DNA from: Selaginella moellendorffii | Taxonomy: Eukaryota; Plantae; Lycopodiophyta | Direction of reading: 5' to 3' | Length of the DNA: 64,000 nt | NCBI RefSeq assembly: GCF_000143415.4 | Contig: NW_003314316.1 | Span: 515,220-579,219, forward strand | In this document: piece after piece, positions 1-11,777 of the stretch | Layout of the letters: each line of letters begins with the position of its first letter | Position numbering within the stretch: the stretch's first letter is position 1 | Translations under genes and position numbers: made by a program | Notes under the pieces: model-generated | What the model was told of the DNA's origin: nothing | What the model saw: the letters and a program-made list of their open reading frames with translations, nothing else | The model's database searches: none

Positions 1-414
1 CCATCAAGTTTAGCTTCTCCTTGAGGTTCTTCATCTCCTGTTCTTGCCTGGCGTACTTGATGATCTCCCTCTCCTGTTTGATCGTTAACAGTTTACTATC
101 CATTTCGAGTCGAGTGGGTTTACCAGTGAGACTTTCTCCTTCCGGAGCCGTAGAACTTCCTCGTGCATTTTTCCCGCGGCGGGCTCACTCACTGGAGAAA
201 CAGGAAGAGATTCAGCGCAAGAAGCAAAACGAGAATCGATTTTTTCCTCCGACCTGGACACCAGTGGCCGTGAGAATTGCACTGGAACTGCTGGCTGTTG
301 AGATTGATCGTAATCGGCTCGAGAGTGGTGTCCAGTTTCTTGACATTCATCACCTCGCTTGGAATTTGCTGCTGCTGTGGCGAGGAAACTCTTTTTCTCA
401 TCAAATCTCTGCAC
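1..414 (-). CDS. 5' part of an unknown coiled-coil protein (runs off the window edge)
   Basis: ORF 85..414 (…EEVLRLRKEK) is followed by a GT-AG intron and an exon reading EREIIKYARQEQEMKNLKEKLNLM, with a heptad-like charged pattern. Confidence 0.55.
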
Positions 415-607
415 AAAAAATGTAAGAACCAGAGAATCAAATCTATTATGAATGAATGTTACTTGAAGAACCCCATTGCGAGAAGATCAAGCTCTTTGAT
501 AACGACTTTGTTTGTTTCAGAGGAGCCCTAATCAGATGGACCAACGGCCGTGTCACAGTCATGTGAAAGTGACATGGTAGTTGGACCGAGAATACCGGCC
601 GACTGGT

Positions 608-617
608 GCCACGTGGC
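608..617. promoter_or_regulatory. Palindromic G-box/ABRE-like motif GCCACGTGGC
   Basis: Perfect palindrome about 60 bp upstream of the EF-hand gene ATG, in a divergent intergenic region. Confidence 0.4.
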
Positions 618-675
618 GGCATGCCATCAAAGAGAGATTTTTAGGGCTCATTTGGAAACCCTAACAGCGCTGGGG

Positions 676-1604
676 ATGGGCATCAAGGGGAGCAAGGATG
701 TGCAATTGAATGACGTCTCCAAGATCGAGAGGAGAATGGTGGAGGCGATGCGCAAGCGCGCCAAGGCCGGACCATCGCCCTTCAAATCCTTCAACAGCAT
801 TCTCATGAAATTCCCAAAGATTGACAAGTCCTTCGAGCAAGTGAGGGGCGTCTTCAAGAAATTTGGTAACTTCCCCTCTCTCTCCGTCGCAATAGCTTTG
901 CTTATAAGATCCTTGTTCTTTGGATCTATCGCATCGCAGACAAGGATGATAGTGGAACCATCGATCTGGAGGAACTGAAGACGTGCTTCCGAGAGCTCCA
1001 GGTGGAGTTTACTGATACCGAGGTGAAAGCGTTCCATGAGGAGAGCGACATGGACAAGAGCAAAGGTGTGGACTTCAAGGAGTTTATCATCGTTCTAGCG
1101 TTGGTTTATCTGCTGGGCGAGACTGGCGCCAAGCCCGTCAAGCAAAAAGAGGAGGACAAAGGCAAGGGGTCTCAACTGAAAAATCTCGTAAGTGCTAAGC
1201 TTTCCTCTTGCTCCTTTTTTCTTCTTCCAAGCTGAGAACCTTCTCTAGAAATCTCGCATTGGTTTAGCGGAGCTTGAGTCGACTTTCGAGACGATTGTAG
1301 ACACTTTCAGGTTTTTCGACAAGGATGGCGATGGCTACGTGAGCAGGAAGGAGATGATCACGGCCATTAACGAGGCTTCTCCGGGGCAGTCCTCGTCGGG
1401 CGAGAGCATCGGCGTCAAGAGATTTGGTAACTCTCAAGAAAAAACCAGAAACTTCCGTAACTTTCTTCATGCTTCTCGTACTCGACAGAGGAAATGGATT
1501 GGGACAAGAATGGGATGATCACGTTTAAGGAGTTTCTGTTTGCTTTTACTGATTGGGTTGGGATCGAAGAAGAAGAAGATGCAGACGAAGACGAGGAAGA
1601 ATGA
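676..1604 (+). CDS. Calmodulin-like EF-hand calcium-binding protein (CML21/22-like), 4 exons
   Basis: Exons ~676-865, 940-1187, 1249-1426, 1489-1604 with GT-AG introns. EF loops DKDDSGTIDLEE, DMDKSKGVDFKE, DKDGDGYVSRKE and DWDKNGMITFKE. Confidence 0.9.
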
Positions 1605-1863
1605 GACGTGAAGCCAAACTCGTTGTCCGGATGAGTTTTTTTTTTTTTTTCTCCTAACACATTCTCTGGAGGTAATTCGCTACTAGGCAAAATGGACAAC
1701 GCTTTAGAGGTCCCTTGACAAGCTTGATATGATTTCCTAGCAATATAAACAACAGCATTTGATCCCAAGTAACTCAAGCAGAAACACAAACGGGAAGAGA
1801 ATTGAAATACAATACCCTGAGGGATGCCATGCTACTTAACTTCGATCATGGCCACACAAACAC

Positions 1864-3660
1864 TTAACTTGCAAAGTTGGTGAGCATGTTGTGGAGTAGA
1901 GAGTATGCACCAAGGTGGCGTGGGTTCAACTGCAGAACACGCCGCACAATCCTGCACCCCAGACAGAAGTCATTCTGCATTCTGCACGCACCCAGCAGCG
2001 CCATGTACGTTTCTACATCAACTTCAAACGGAATCACCCGAATCAACTCATCGGCTTGAGTTAGCCACCCCGCCCTCGCCAGCAGATCCACAACACACGC
2101 GTAGTGCTCCACCGCTTGAGAGATCTTTCGATCATCGGCCATGGAGGAAAAGAAGTCTCTTCCTCGATCAATCATCCCCGCGTGGCTGCATGCAGTGAGA
2201 AGGCACACGTAAGTTACAGCGTCGAAATCCACCCCGTGGAGCTCCATTTCGAGATGAAGCTCGAAAAACTCCGGGAGTCTGGATTCGTGAGCGTATGCCG
2301 CCAGCGTCGTCGTCCATGCGCAAGAATCCGGAATTCTTTGCTCCTCGATGATCCTCTGAGCTCGATCCGGGAAGCCACACCCGCAGTACATCTCCACGAC
2401 CGCGATCGCGAGCTTTGAATCGCGAGCGAGCGTGATGGAGCCTTGGCGATCGATACGAGCGTGGATCTCGCAGCCCAGATCAAAATCTCTGGCTTGCGAG
2501 CACGACGCTAGCACGCTCTGGAATGTGATCTCGTTGGGTTCCAGCGCTGATTCCATTCTCTGGAAGAGATGGATCACTTCACGGTGATTGCCCTGTTGGA
2601 CGTACGCTGAAATGATAGAGTTCCAGCTTACAACATCTCTGTTCTTGATCAAATCGAAAACTTTCCTCGCGTCTTCTACGCAGCCACACTTGCCGTAGAG
2701 ATTGATGAGCGAATTCGCCACGAATCCATTCTCTTCCAGCATCGATCTTCTCTTTTGATCGCTCGCGATCATCCTGTGTATCTGTCGGCCCTCTTCTAGG
2801 CACCTCAAGATCGAGCACGCGTTTAGAACCGCAACGAACGTCACCGCATCGGGATGGATCTCTCGGATGCTGGCCATTTCTCTGTAGATCTCGAGCGCTC
2901 TGGCCGGATGCCCCGATCGTGTGTAGGCCGATATGATCGCCGTCCAGACGTGGGCGCTTCTCGATCTGTTCTTGATCCGATCGAACACCCCTCGCGCCTC
3001 GTCCAGCCTACCGCATTTGCCGTAGAAATCGATGAGCGCGCTCGCCACGATCGCGTTCTCTTCCAGCCCCATGGATCGAACCTGGCAGTGGATGATCTTT
3101 CCCTGCGAGAGATCCAGCAGTCCACAGCACGCAGCGATGGCATTGACGAACGTCGCGGGCGTCGGCGGCAAATCCATCTCTTTGTATAGCTCCAAAGCCT
3201 TGCCAAAATGTCCACACTGGGTATTTGCTCCAATCATCGTGTTCCAAGATATTACGTTTCTTTCTTTTACATTTTCAAATATATTCCTCGCTAGATCTAA
3301 GAAACCGCAATTCGAATACATGTTCATCAGCGCATTTGCAACTGCGGCATTGGATTCGAGATTTCTTTCTCGAATCTTTGAGTGGAGTGCTTTGCCCTGT
3401 GTTAGATCCTTGCTCGATGAGCAGGCGTCCAGAGCAGCGGTGTAGGTGAAGGCATCGGGATGGAATCCCTGCGATTCCAGCTCATGGAAGAGGTGGATCG
3501 CTTGGCGGCCATGCCCATTTCGGGCATAAGCAGTGATGATGGCAGTCCACGACACTAAATCTTTGTTGGGGATGGCATCAAAAACATCCCACGCGCGCTG
3601 CAAGCTGCCGCATTTGCCATACATTTTTATCAGCGTGGTGGCTTGTGCTAATAGCACCAT
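1864..3660 (-). CDS. PLS-class pentatricopeptide repeat protein with E-domain, probably 5'-truncated
   Basis: Repeated MYGKCG…A..VFD…D.VSWT motifs and a C-terminal ACSHAG…EHYACVVDLLARAG. The ORF begins mid-repeat next to an A-rich junction. Confidence 0.9.
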   Translation of the reverse strand: MVLLAQATTLIKMYGKCGSLQRAWDVFDAIPNKDLVSWTAIITAYARNGHGRQAIHLFHELESQGFHPDAFTYTAALDACSSSKDLTQGKALHSKIRERNLESNAAVANALMNMYSNCGFLDLARNIFENVKERNVISWNTMIGANTQCGHFGKALELYKEMDLPPTPATFVNAIAACCGLLDLSQGKIIHCQVRSMGLEENAIVASALIDFYGKCGRLDEARGVFDRIKNRSRSAHVWTAIISAYTRSGHPARALEIYREMASIREIHPDAVTFVAVLNACSILRCLEEGRQIHRMIASDQKRRSMLEENGFVANSLINLYGKCGCVEDARKVFDLIKNRDVVSWNSIISAYVQQGNHREVIHLFQRMESALEPNEITFQSVLASCSQARDFDLGCEIHARIDRQGSITLARDSKLAIAVVEMYCGCGFPDRAQRIIEEQRIPDSCAWTTTLAAYAHESRLPEFFELHLEMELHGVDFDAVTYVCLLTACSHAGMIDRGRDFFSSMADDRKISQAVEHYACVVDLLARAGWLTQADELIRVIPFEVDVETYMALLGACRMQNDFCLGCRIVRRVLQLNPRHLGAYSLLHNMLTNFAS

Positions 3661-3971
3661 AAAAAAAGTTAACCATAAGAGTTGGACTTGCCAACTTTTT
3701 ATCCTTATTTAAAACAAGATTTAAAACATATAAAATTGATTCTATAAATATGCTCATGAGAAGGCCTCAGTTTTCACGTCTCTTGCAGAAGTTTTCAATT
3801 GCTTTTCAATTGGTTCTTCAATGTCTTGCCGGTCAGCTTCTGGACTGCTTGCTCTCTTTCCGTCGACAAATCTCCCAAGTCGTTGGAGAGAGTGAAGAAA
3901 GAAAAAGGAGAATGGTCTTAACCCCTTTTAGGGCATCATCCAAATTGGGTTTTCCTTCGTGTCAGGGCAGA

Positions 3972-5093
3972 ATGGAGTGCATAACGAAGGATCTCTTGCT
4001 CCAGATCTTTGCGGGCTTGGAGCTTGACGATCTGGGGAGGCTGCGATGTGTTTGTAGATCCTGGCACAGCGCCATTGCTTCGCAGGGATTCGCCAAGCAA
4101 TGGAAGAACAGGGACCAGGTCTGTTGTGTCTTGCGCGCCAAGGACAGCATCCACAGAGAAGTGTGGTTCCCGGGCAGCGGCGCAAGAAGATCTACCGGAT
4201 TGAATCCAGGGCCTCGTGGGTGTTTCTCCATTGGGGTTTCTTCTTCACACGGCCTGGTTTGCGGATTGCTACCAGACGAGGGCCGCTACTGGAGCACGCC
4301 TGACACAGCATGGAAGTTTGTGGTAGGAAATCCATTGACAAACAAATGGAGGCGGCTGCCTCCAATCGATATCCCTTGTCGTCCGCTCTGCACCATGGAA
4401 AGGATCCATCTCCAGGCTGATCCGTCCAAAGGTTCCTACAAGCTGGCGATCACCTACAGTGAAGTTGGCAGTGACTACGAAGTGATCTACCAGGCGCGCC
4501 AGTATGATTCAGAGTCGCGGGTGTGGACCTCGGCAGTGCCCTTTATTGGCGAGCACGACGGCGCAAATACGAAGATCGACGGCTCCGTGCTGGGAAGCGC
4601 GGGGCTCCATTACCCGCCATACTTTCTCATGGCCTACAATCCAGATTCCATGGCCTGGTCTTGTCACAAGCACTTTGCGGGTGATCGCGATCCAACTCCC
4701 CTCAATGAATCTGTCTACAAGGAGTACAAGCTCCTTGACAGCACCGCCTTATCTGGAGTCTTGAGGTGGAGAGGCAGGAATTTCATGGTGACGCACTCGT
4801 TTAGCTGCGTGGTGCTCTGGGAGCTGGACACTGTGGCAGGAGAGTGGAAGGTTTTGTCAAGCAGGCGGTATAAGGAGCTGTATGGCGGGAGGCCGTCGAG
4901 AAGAAACTCGGATATCCAGGCGCTGCTTGTTGGGAGCACAATAGTTTTCTCGGATCGCTACGGGACCCTGTACGTGTATGCGCCGTATGCGTACAACCTC
5001 GAGGACTCAACTTGGCACTCGTCAGCTTCGAGTGCGGACACGGGCACTGCACTCAGCTGCGCATTCATACCCAGCTTCAACGTCGAGCCATAG
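3972..5093 (+). CDS. Intronless F-box protein (kelch/beta-propeller-like C-terminus)
   Basis: F-box ITKDLLLQIFAGLELDDLGRLRCVCRSWHSAI, plus SSHGLVC and VGNPLTNKWRRLPP motifs. The open frame extends upstream to 3750. Confidence 0.85.
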   Translation: MECITKDLLLQIFAGLELDDLGRLRCVCRSWHSAIASQGFAKQWKNRDQVCCVLRAKDSIHREVWFPGSGARRSTGLNPGPRGCFSIGVSSSHGLVCGLLPDEGRYWSTPDTAWKFVVGNPLTNKWRRLPPIDIPCRPLCTMERIHLQADPSKGSYKLAITYSEVGSDYEVIYQARQYDSESRVWTSAVPFIGEHDGANTKIDGSVLGSAGLHYPPYFLMAYNPDSMAWSCHKHFAGDRDPTPLNESVYKEYKLLDSTALSGVLRWRGRNFMVTHSFSCVVLWELDTVAGEWKVLSSRRYKELYGGRPSRRNSDIQALLVGSTIVFSDRYGTLYVYAPYAYNLEDSTWHSSASSADTGTALSCAFIPSFNVEP

Positions 5094-5566
5094 GAGAATC
5101 TCGCGAGCATCTTGCGAGAGAGAGGTGAGTACTTATTTGCCTTCTTCACTGTTTGCATAACTGGAGATTTGCAGTGAGGAACACGTGAAAAACTCTGCGA
5201 TCCTGCCTGCGCCTGCGCGGAGGTAAGCTCGAAAAGCTAAACAAGACCGCAGAGCTACGACTCTTACCACGCCAAGCTACGACTTGCACAGATTGGTAGC
5301 AATAGTGCTCTGACGGGCAAAGGAGCGTCGGCTCCTCTGTCAACCGACGCTCAAGGTCTACAACATTCCACTGCAGAAAAACATGCTCAAGAATGCGGAG
5401 CCGCTGCCGAAGAAACGCTGCGTGGGGGATTTCCTGCCGAGGGAAGAGCTCTCGGGAGAGAATCTGGATTGAATCGCTCCCGGGACAACGTTATTGGCTC
5501 ACCACCATAAACTTTGTGTGTAAATAGTCATTATTTATTTAATGATTAAATGTACCTTAGAATCTC

Positions 5567-6030
5567 TTGGATCTCGAGAAGTTAGCCCAAGAGAAAAAGA
5601 TTGTCTACGAGAATCGTCTCCAGCACATGAACAGCAAGTATGAGAGCAGCCAGTTCTTTGTTTCCATGTACCAGCAGGCTATGAAGAAGCTCGAGCTGAC
5701 ATATGCAAATGGAGATCAAAGGCTTAAGGATCTGCTTGAGCAGGTCAGCAAATCCAAGAGTTGGAAGAGCTTCTTGAAGGATCTTCAAGATTGTGGGCTG
5801 AGAATCAGCAGCTTAAGAAGAACCTGCATAACCAAGAGAAGAAAATGGAGGCAGTTATAGCCAGGATGGAGGAAGAACATGAGGAGGCCGTCTATCCTAG
5901 AGAAGAAGATGGAAGAAATTCTACAAGGCAAGGATGTTGATTATGGGAGCCAAGGACGCCAAGCAAGAGCTTAAGGACTTTGCTTGGGAGAAGCTCAGCA
6001 CTTTGAACATCATCAAGCATTAGCTATTAA
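5567..6030 (+). pseudogene. Degenerate coiled-coil gene fragment
   Basis: E/K/Q-rich reading (DLEKLAQEKKIVYENRLQHMN…) broken by frameshifts and stops, with no clear start. Confidence 0.35.
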
Positions 6031-6203
6031 AGAGAGTTCACTCTTAATATGTAGCTCAGGTTGAATTATTCCAGATATTTTATAGTCGATTCTTTTTCTC
6101 TTCTTCAAACTTCTAGAGATTCAGCAACTCCCCTAAGAGATTCCATCAAAGGAGCAGTATTTACAAGAAACAACTATACATTTTTATTACCCCTTATTTG
6201 TAG

Positions 6204-6774
6204 TTAGTGCATTAGTGGAGAAAACACTGGTGGTTGAATGGGAAGGAAAGGGGGAGGCTCAAACAACGGCTGTGGTGGTGGCGGCGGCGGCGATGGTGGT
6301 GGAAACATTGCCAGTGGAGGCGATGGCGGTGGTGGAAACCAGGCATGGAACGGTGAAGGTGGCGGCAGCGATGGTGGCGAAAGTGTAAAATGGGGTGGCG
6401 ATGGCGGTGTGGTCGTAAAGTGCGATGGCGGTGGTGGTGGTGGCTCTGATGTTGGCGGCACCAATGGTGGCGGCGGACTGTGGTGCTGGTGGTGATTTTT
6501 CCTGTGACGCTTCTTCTTGTGATGGTTGCAACTCTGCTGCTCGTGATGAGAAGTAGTGACTATATTTTCGGTGGGCGCTGTAAGCTCATAGTCTACGAGT
6601 CCATGGCCGTGATGACATGGTGGTGGCGGAGGCGGTGGCGGCGGCGGCGCTCGAGCAGAGATTTCTGGCAAGAGATGATAGTGTAATGAGTTCCCGAAAG
6701 AAAATGAACTGCCTATTACCTTGAAATGTGTAGAACAAAACGAGGAGAGTCGCAAGAAGCACTGGCGAAGCCAT
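6204..6774 (-). CDS. Secreted proline-rich/extensin-like protein with His/Lys-rich patch, 2 exons
   Basis: Signal peptide exon MASPVLLATLLVLFYTFQ (6774-6720), GT-AG intron 6719-6665, then SPPPP/PPPP runs and HHKKKRHRKNHHQHH. Confidence 0.8.
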
Positions 6775-7102
6775 TCAGAGCCTTAGAATTTCGGATCTGC
6801 TGAATGAATGACGCAATCGCGGTTTCTTAAATACCAGGTGGCGACTTTGTAACGTTCTTCGCGCGGTAGATTCCACACAAATGTTCCTCTCGGATCTCAT
6901 GAACACTGGCTGGGTGTAACGCCTTCTGCGAAAAACAATGGACGGAAAAAAGGAAACGAAAATCACGATATGATTGATACATTTCTCTGCCAGTTTCATA
7001 AGAACCTGATGAAACTCCACAAGCTTAGATTAGCAATCCAAAGGAAAGAAGGAAACAAACTTGGCTTACCAACAGCACTGAAACTCTGAGAATTTCTCTC
7101 CT

Positions 7103-8310
7103 TCAGTACCTCTCCACGAGAAGAAAATCATCGTCCTTGAGCAGCCGGACTTCCGTGCAGCCAGGGAAATTGTCGCGTCCAATGCCCTCGACGATCTTCA
7201 CGAACTCTTGCCTCTTCTCAACGTTGAGAGGAGCATACGGTAGCCGAAAGACCGGCCGGATGAGCCCGAGCTGCGACAAGGCAGTGTTTAGTCCGATGGG
7301 ATTCGGCTCCACGAACAGCCAGTTGATCAAAGGCATCAGCTTCTCGTTGAGCTCCTGGTTCTTCCCGGAGAACATGAGCTCGTGCATCAACTTGGGAACC
7401 AAGTTGCTCACCACCGAAATCACACCTCGAGCACCGAAGTCCCACCTCGAGTCATGGCACTGATCGTCGTTTCCACTCCACACCGCGATCCCCTGCTCAG
7501 TGTAGTGCTTCACGCGTTCGTTTCCCATACACTCCTTGACACCCAGGAAGTTTGGACTGCTCGCTATCTTCTCGATCACCGACGGTGGAATGTCTTGGCC
7601 AGTTCTTCCGGGAACGTTATAGATCACAGTCGGACCCATAGCGAGCACGCTCTTGAAGTGGAGCAAAAGCCCATCCATGGACGTCTTCCCGTAGTAAGGA
7701 TTGATGTGGAGCGCAGCATGCATGCCCGCCGCAAATCCCTGCTCGGTCGCGTGGATCGCCTCTCGAGTGGAGTTGCTGCCAGTGTTTCCAATCACTTTTA
7801 TCTTGTCTCCAAAGCAATTCACCGTGCGGGCGATGAGCATGATGTGCTCGTCCCAGTTCATGAGATGACCCTCTCCTGTGGTTCCCCCTACGATAAGTCC
7901 CTCCACACCGTGATCGACCTGGGTTCTTACCAGTGAATCGTAAGCTTCCAGATCAAACCTTCCATCTGGAAGATATGGAGTCTTGATAGCCGAGATGAGC
8001 CTCAGCTTCTTCATCTCTTCCACGGGCGTACTGCAAGAAAATATATCAGAGAAACGAATAGAAGAACGCGAGGAGAAATCTACAATCCAGAGATCTCTCG
8101 AAATTCTGGTTACCTGTTCTTGAGCTCGTTGCTACGCATCGGCAATGGTGTGGATTGCATGACAGCCGCTCTGATTTGGAGACAAGCTTTCCTAGATCCG
8201 CAGCGCGCGGCGGATCGCGGCGCTCTTCCCAGCGTGCCGCAGAGCGCAGAGCTCGCCAGCGCCCGGCATTCTTGCGTCCGGATCTCCGGCATTGCGATGG
8301 AAGCCTCCAT
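7103..8310 (-). CDS. DHDPS: 4-hydroxy-tetrahydrodipicolinate synthase (DHDPS), chloroplastic, 2 exons
   Basis: Transit-peptide exon 8310-8114 and exon 8030-7103. Motifs [36 protein letters not shown] (Schiff-base Lys) and WSGNDD. Confidence 0.97.
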
Positions 8311-8398
8311 TCTTCTCGCCCTCGCCCTAAAATCCTGATAAACCCGTTTTTAGGGTTCTTCCCAATGCGATGGATCGATACGCGATGAATCCAGGGGA

Positions 8399-10510
8399 AT
8401 GCGCGCTCCAGCTCCAAAATGTAAGATCTCCGCCGCGAAATATCTCCTCCTGGATCGCAGGCGTTCGTTCGAGCGGCAGCAGGATCGACTGGACCTCTTC
8501 CTCTTGCTGGCCGGATTGAAGGCCTGTGGCAGCACCAGAGATCTCGACAGCGGCAAAAGAATCCACAGCGATGCGATCGAAGCTGGATTCCACGCCACGA
8601 ACTATGTGATGAACAGTCTTGTCCACATGTACGCCAAGTGTGAGAGCATGGAGCTCTCTCGCCAGATCTTTGACACGATGGATCATCGTACAGTGGTTTC
8701 TTGGAATTCCTTGATACTGGGATACGCGGCAAACGGCCAAGGTAGCACGGCGCTGGATCTTTTCCACGGCATGGAGCGAGAAGATGGATCGAGCTCTCCG
8801 AATTCGCGGACTTTCGTGGCTGTTCTTACGGCTTGCTCGAGTTTGGCATCGAGAGAAGAGCCGAAAGTTATGGACGGGAAGCTTGTGAGACTGGGATCTC
8901 TGGAGAAAGGCCGGATGATCCACTCGCAAGCCAGGAAGAATGGCTGCGACTCGGACACTTTCGTCTCCAACAGCTTGATCGACATGTACTCCAAGTGTGG
9001 AAGCGTGGTGGAAGCTCGACAGATCTTCGACGTGATGCTCCATCGCTCCATCGTCTCGTGGAACTCTATGATGCTGGGATACGTCGAGAATGGCGAGCCC
9101 GAGCAAGCTCTTGGACTGTTCTCTCGATTGGAGCGTCAAGGTGGCGGTGTTCTTCCGGACGCTCGGACTCTAGTCGCCGGCTTGATGGCTTGCTCGAGCT
9201 TGGCCAAGCGAGCTGGCGACGACACACTCGAGAAGATCTTGGAAAAGGGAGTGGAGCTCCACTGGAGAGCCAAGCAGCTTGGTTACGAGTCACAGCTCTT
9301 CGTCGCCAACACTCTGATCGACATGTACTCGAAGTGTGGGAGCCTGGAGAAGGCAAAGCTGGTCTTCGATTCCATGCCTGCTCGAGACGTCGTCTCCTGG
9401 AACTCGCTACTGCTGGGATTCTCCGAGAGTGGCGACGATCAAAAGATGGTGCTCGAGCTCTTCCAGCAAATGCAAGCCGAGAGGTTCGCTCCAAACTCTC
9501 GGACCTTCGTTGCCGTGATCGGTGCCTGCTCGGCTCTGGCAGCAGCGCAGTCGAAGAAGAAAGCTAGAGCTAGAGACGAAGAAGAAGCTTGGCTGGACAA
9601 GGGAGTGGCAATCCATGGCCAAGCAGTGATCGCTGGCTGCGACACAGACCTCTTCGTTGCGAGCTCCCTGGTGGACGTGTACGCCAAGTGTGGCTCCATG
9701 GAGCTCGCTCGCAAAGTCTTCGACTCCATGCCTCGCCACGACACAGTCTCGTGGAACACACTCATCCTGGGATACAGTGACAACGGCGAGAGCCACTCCG
9801 CTCTAGAATCCTTCGCTCGAATGCGGCGAGAAGGTACTTCCACTCCAGACAGTCTAACTTTCGTCTCGGCTCTCAATGCTTGCAGCAAGCTCTCGGCTAT
9901 GGAGATGGGCAGAACGATCCACGCCGACGTCCACCGCTATGGCCTGGAAGCCGAAGTTCTCATCACGAACGCCCTGGTGGATTTCTACGGGAGCTGTGGA
10001 TGCACCGCGCACGCCGCGAGAGTCTTCTACTCGGCTTTCACCACCGACTTGGTCACTTTCAGCTCGATCATCGCGTGTTACAGCCGGGCTGGGGACTGCC
10101 ACCGAGTGTTTTCCAGCTTCCGCGAGATGATCGAGCAGAAGCTCCGGCCAGACGCCATGACTTTCTCGTCGATCCTCAGCGCCTGTAGCCACGCCGGTCT
10201 CGTCGAGCAGGGGGAGTACTACTTCGAGGCCATGAGCCGCGTGTACCAAGTCGCCCCCGACATGGATCACTACCACTGCTTGATCGATCTTCTCGGGAGG
10301 GCCAACCAGATCGATGAGGCGCTCGAGCTCGCGAGAAAGATGCCTTTCCAGCCGAATTCCCTGACCTGGACGACGCTGCTGAGCGCCGCGACCAAGTGGA
10401 AGAACGAGAGCGTGGGGAAGGTAGCGTTTGACGCACTGACCAGCTTTGGTGGCGAATCCTCCGCGACGTACTCTTTGCTGGCAAATATTTTCACGTTTAA
10501 CAAGAAGTAG
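8399..10510 (+). CDS. PLS-class PPR protein with E-domain
   Basis: Repeated NSLIDMYSKCGS…VSWNS motifs, then ACSHAGLVEQG and DHYHCLIDLLGRA; single exon. Confidence 0.93.
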   Translation: MRAPAPKCKISAAKYLLLDRRRSFERQQDRLDLFLLLAGLKACGSTRDLDSGKRIHSDAIEAGFHATNYVMNSLVHMYAKCESMELSRQIFDTMDHRTVVSWNSLILGYAANGQGSTALDLFHGMEREDGSSSPNSRTFVAVLTACSSLASREEPKVMDGKLVRLGSLEKGRMIHSQARKNGCDSDTFVSNSLIDMYSKCGSVVEARQIFDVMLHRSIVSWNSMMLGYVENGEPEQALGLFSRLERQGGGVLPDARTLVAGLMACSSLAKRAGDDTLEKILEKGVELHWRAKQLGYESQLFVANTLIDMYSKCGSLEKAKLVFDSMPARDVVSWNSLLLGFSESGDDQKMVLELFQQMQAERFAPNSRTFVAVIGACSALAAAQSKKKARARDEEEAWLDKGVAIHGQAVIAGCDTDLFVASSLVDVYAKCGSMELARKVFDSMPRHDTVSWNTLILGYSDNGESHSALESFARMRREGTSTPDSLTFVSALNACSKLSAMEMGRTIHADVHRYGLEAEVLITNALVDFYGSCGCTAHAARVFYSAFTTDLVTFSSIIACYSRAGDCHRVFSSFREMIEQKLRPDAMTFSSILSACSHAGLVEQGEYYFEAMSRVYQVAPDMDHYHCLIDLLGRANQIDEALELARKMPFQPNSLTWTTLLSAATKWKNESVGKVAFDALTSFGGESSATYSLLANIFTFNKK

Positions 10511-11333
10511 CAGCTCAAAATTAAATATACATTATTTAGAAGAATATCAATTATAAGATAAAATGACTGGACTTATTTATTTATTATTTATCAATATATT
10601 TTAAAATATTCTTGCTATAGTTCTACAGTAAACTAATGAATCAAAAAGTTACTAAAAGCGGTTTAACGTTATTCAGTGTACATAATTTAGATTTTTTATA
10701 ATACCAGTTGGCTAGCTGTATTTAATTTTAGAACATTAAAATAAAAAATTAAACATGAATTTTATAAATGATTGACTTAATAAATATTTTAAAATAAATA
10801 ATATAATTTTTTATTGGAGTATAAACTTAAAAAGTGTAAAATAGTACTGTGAATGCATGGATTTAGACCTCACAGTACAAGATTGAATTAAATTTTGTAG
10901 AAATATTTTCTTACTTATTGGTTTTCCTATTATAGAACAAAAGAATTTTTACAAGTTTTGATAGTTTTTAGATTAATTGATATTACTGTTAAATTTAATA
11001 GGAGTTATTTTTAGTTTCAAAACCATGTCTGAATTGTAAATATGTTAGCTGTTTAAATAAATTTATAATTTTTGATACTTACATTATAAAAATATAAAAC
11101 ACTAATTATTTTAAATAATAAGTTTTAAAAATTTATCAAATAAATATTATTTGTGTACTTTAATATTCCTACTATATAAATATCATATCATTATAGCACT
11201 AGTTATTTTAAAATACAATACTTATATTTTATTATAGATAAAACTGTTGTTAAAAATATTTAAGAATTTTTGCTATGAGTGCTTGGGATATAGAAATAGA
11301 TATAGATATATTAATTAAGGTTTAGACCCAGGC

Positions 11334-11370
11334 TTATATATACATATATATACATATATATGTATATACA
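11334..11370. repeat. (TA)/(CATATATA) microsatellite
   Basis: Sequence tatatatacatatatatacatatatatgtatataca. Confidence 0.8.
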
Positions 11371-11777
11371 TGAGAGGTCACCCAGCCCAAATATCTCAAG
11401 ACTTTTAACCAATTGGAAAACAAGATGCACTAAGGCCTTTTTAGATTGTTTCTTAAGTTAATTTCTTTAATTATTTATAATTTACAATATTTTCTTGCAA
11501 GTTTCACACTTTTGTGAATAAAAGTTATAAACCATAACTCTTTTAAAAGCCCAACTCTCTTAACACCCTACCTTTTTAGCCAAAGGTAAATTAAACCTTT
11601 GGAAATGTATATATGTATGTGTACATATATATTTATAGATCCCTCCTTATAGCACATGTGGTTTTTACATTTTATCCTATGGTGATTTACCATAGGATAA
11701 AACCACAAAGCAGAACCTAAACCCTCTTTGTGCCACGTGACAAATGTAACATGTCACATGCCACGTGTCCAAAGGAA

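Noticed and set aside
5324-5352. Hairpin GAGCGTCGG-N12-CCGACGCTC as Helitron end or miRNA
   Set aside because: Only a 9-bp stem, no CTRR terminus at the expected distance, and too short for a pre-miRNA.
7103-8030. DHDPS long exon as bacterial HGT or contamination
   Set aside because: It has a plant transit-peptide exon, a GT-AG intron and plant-type sequence.
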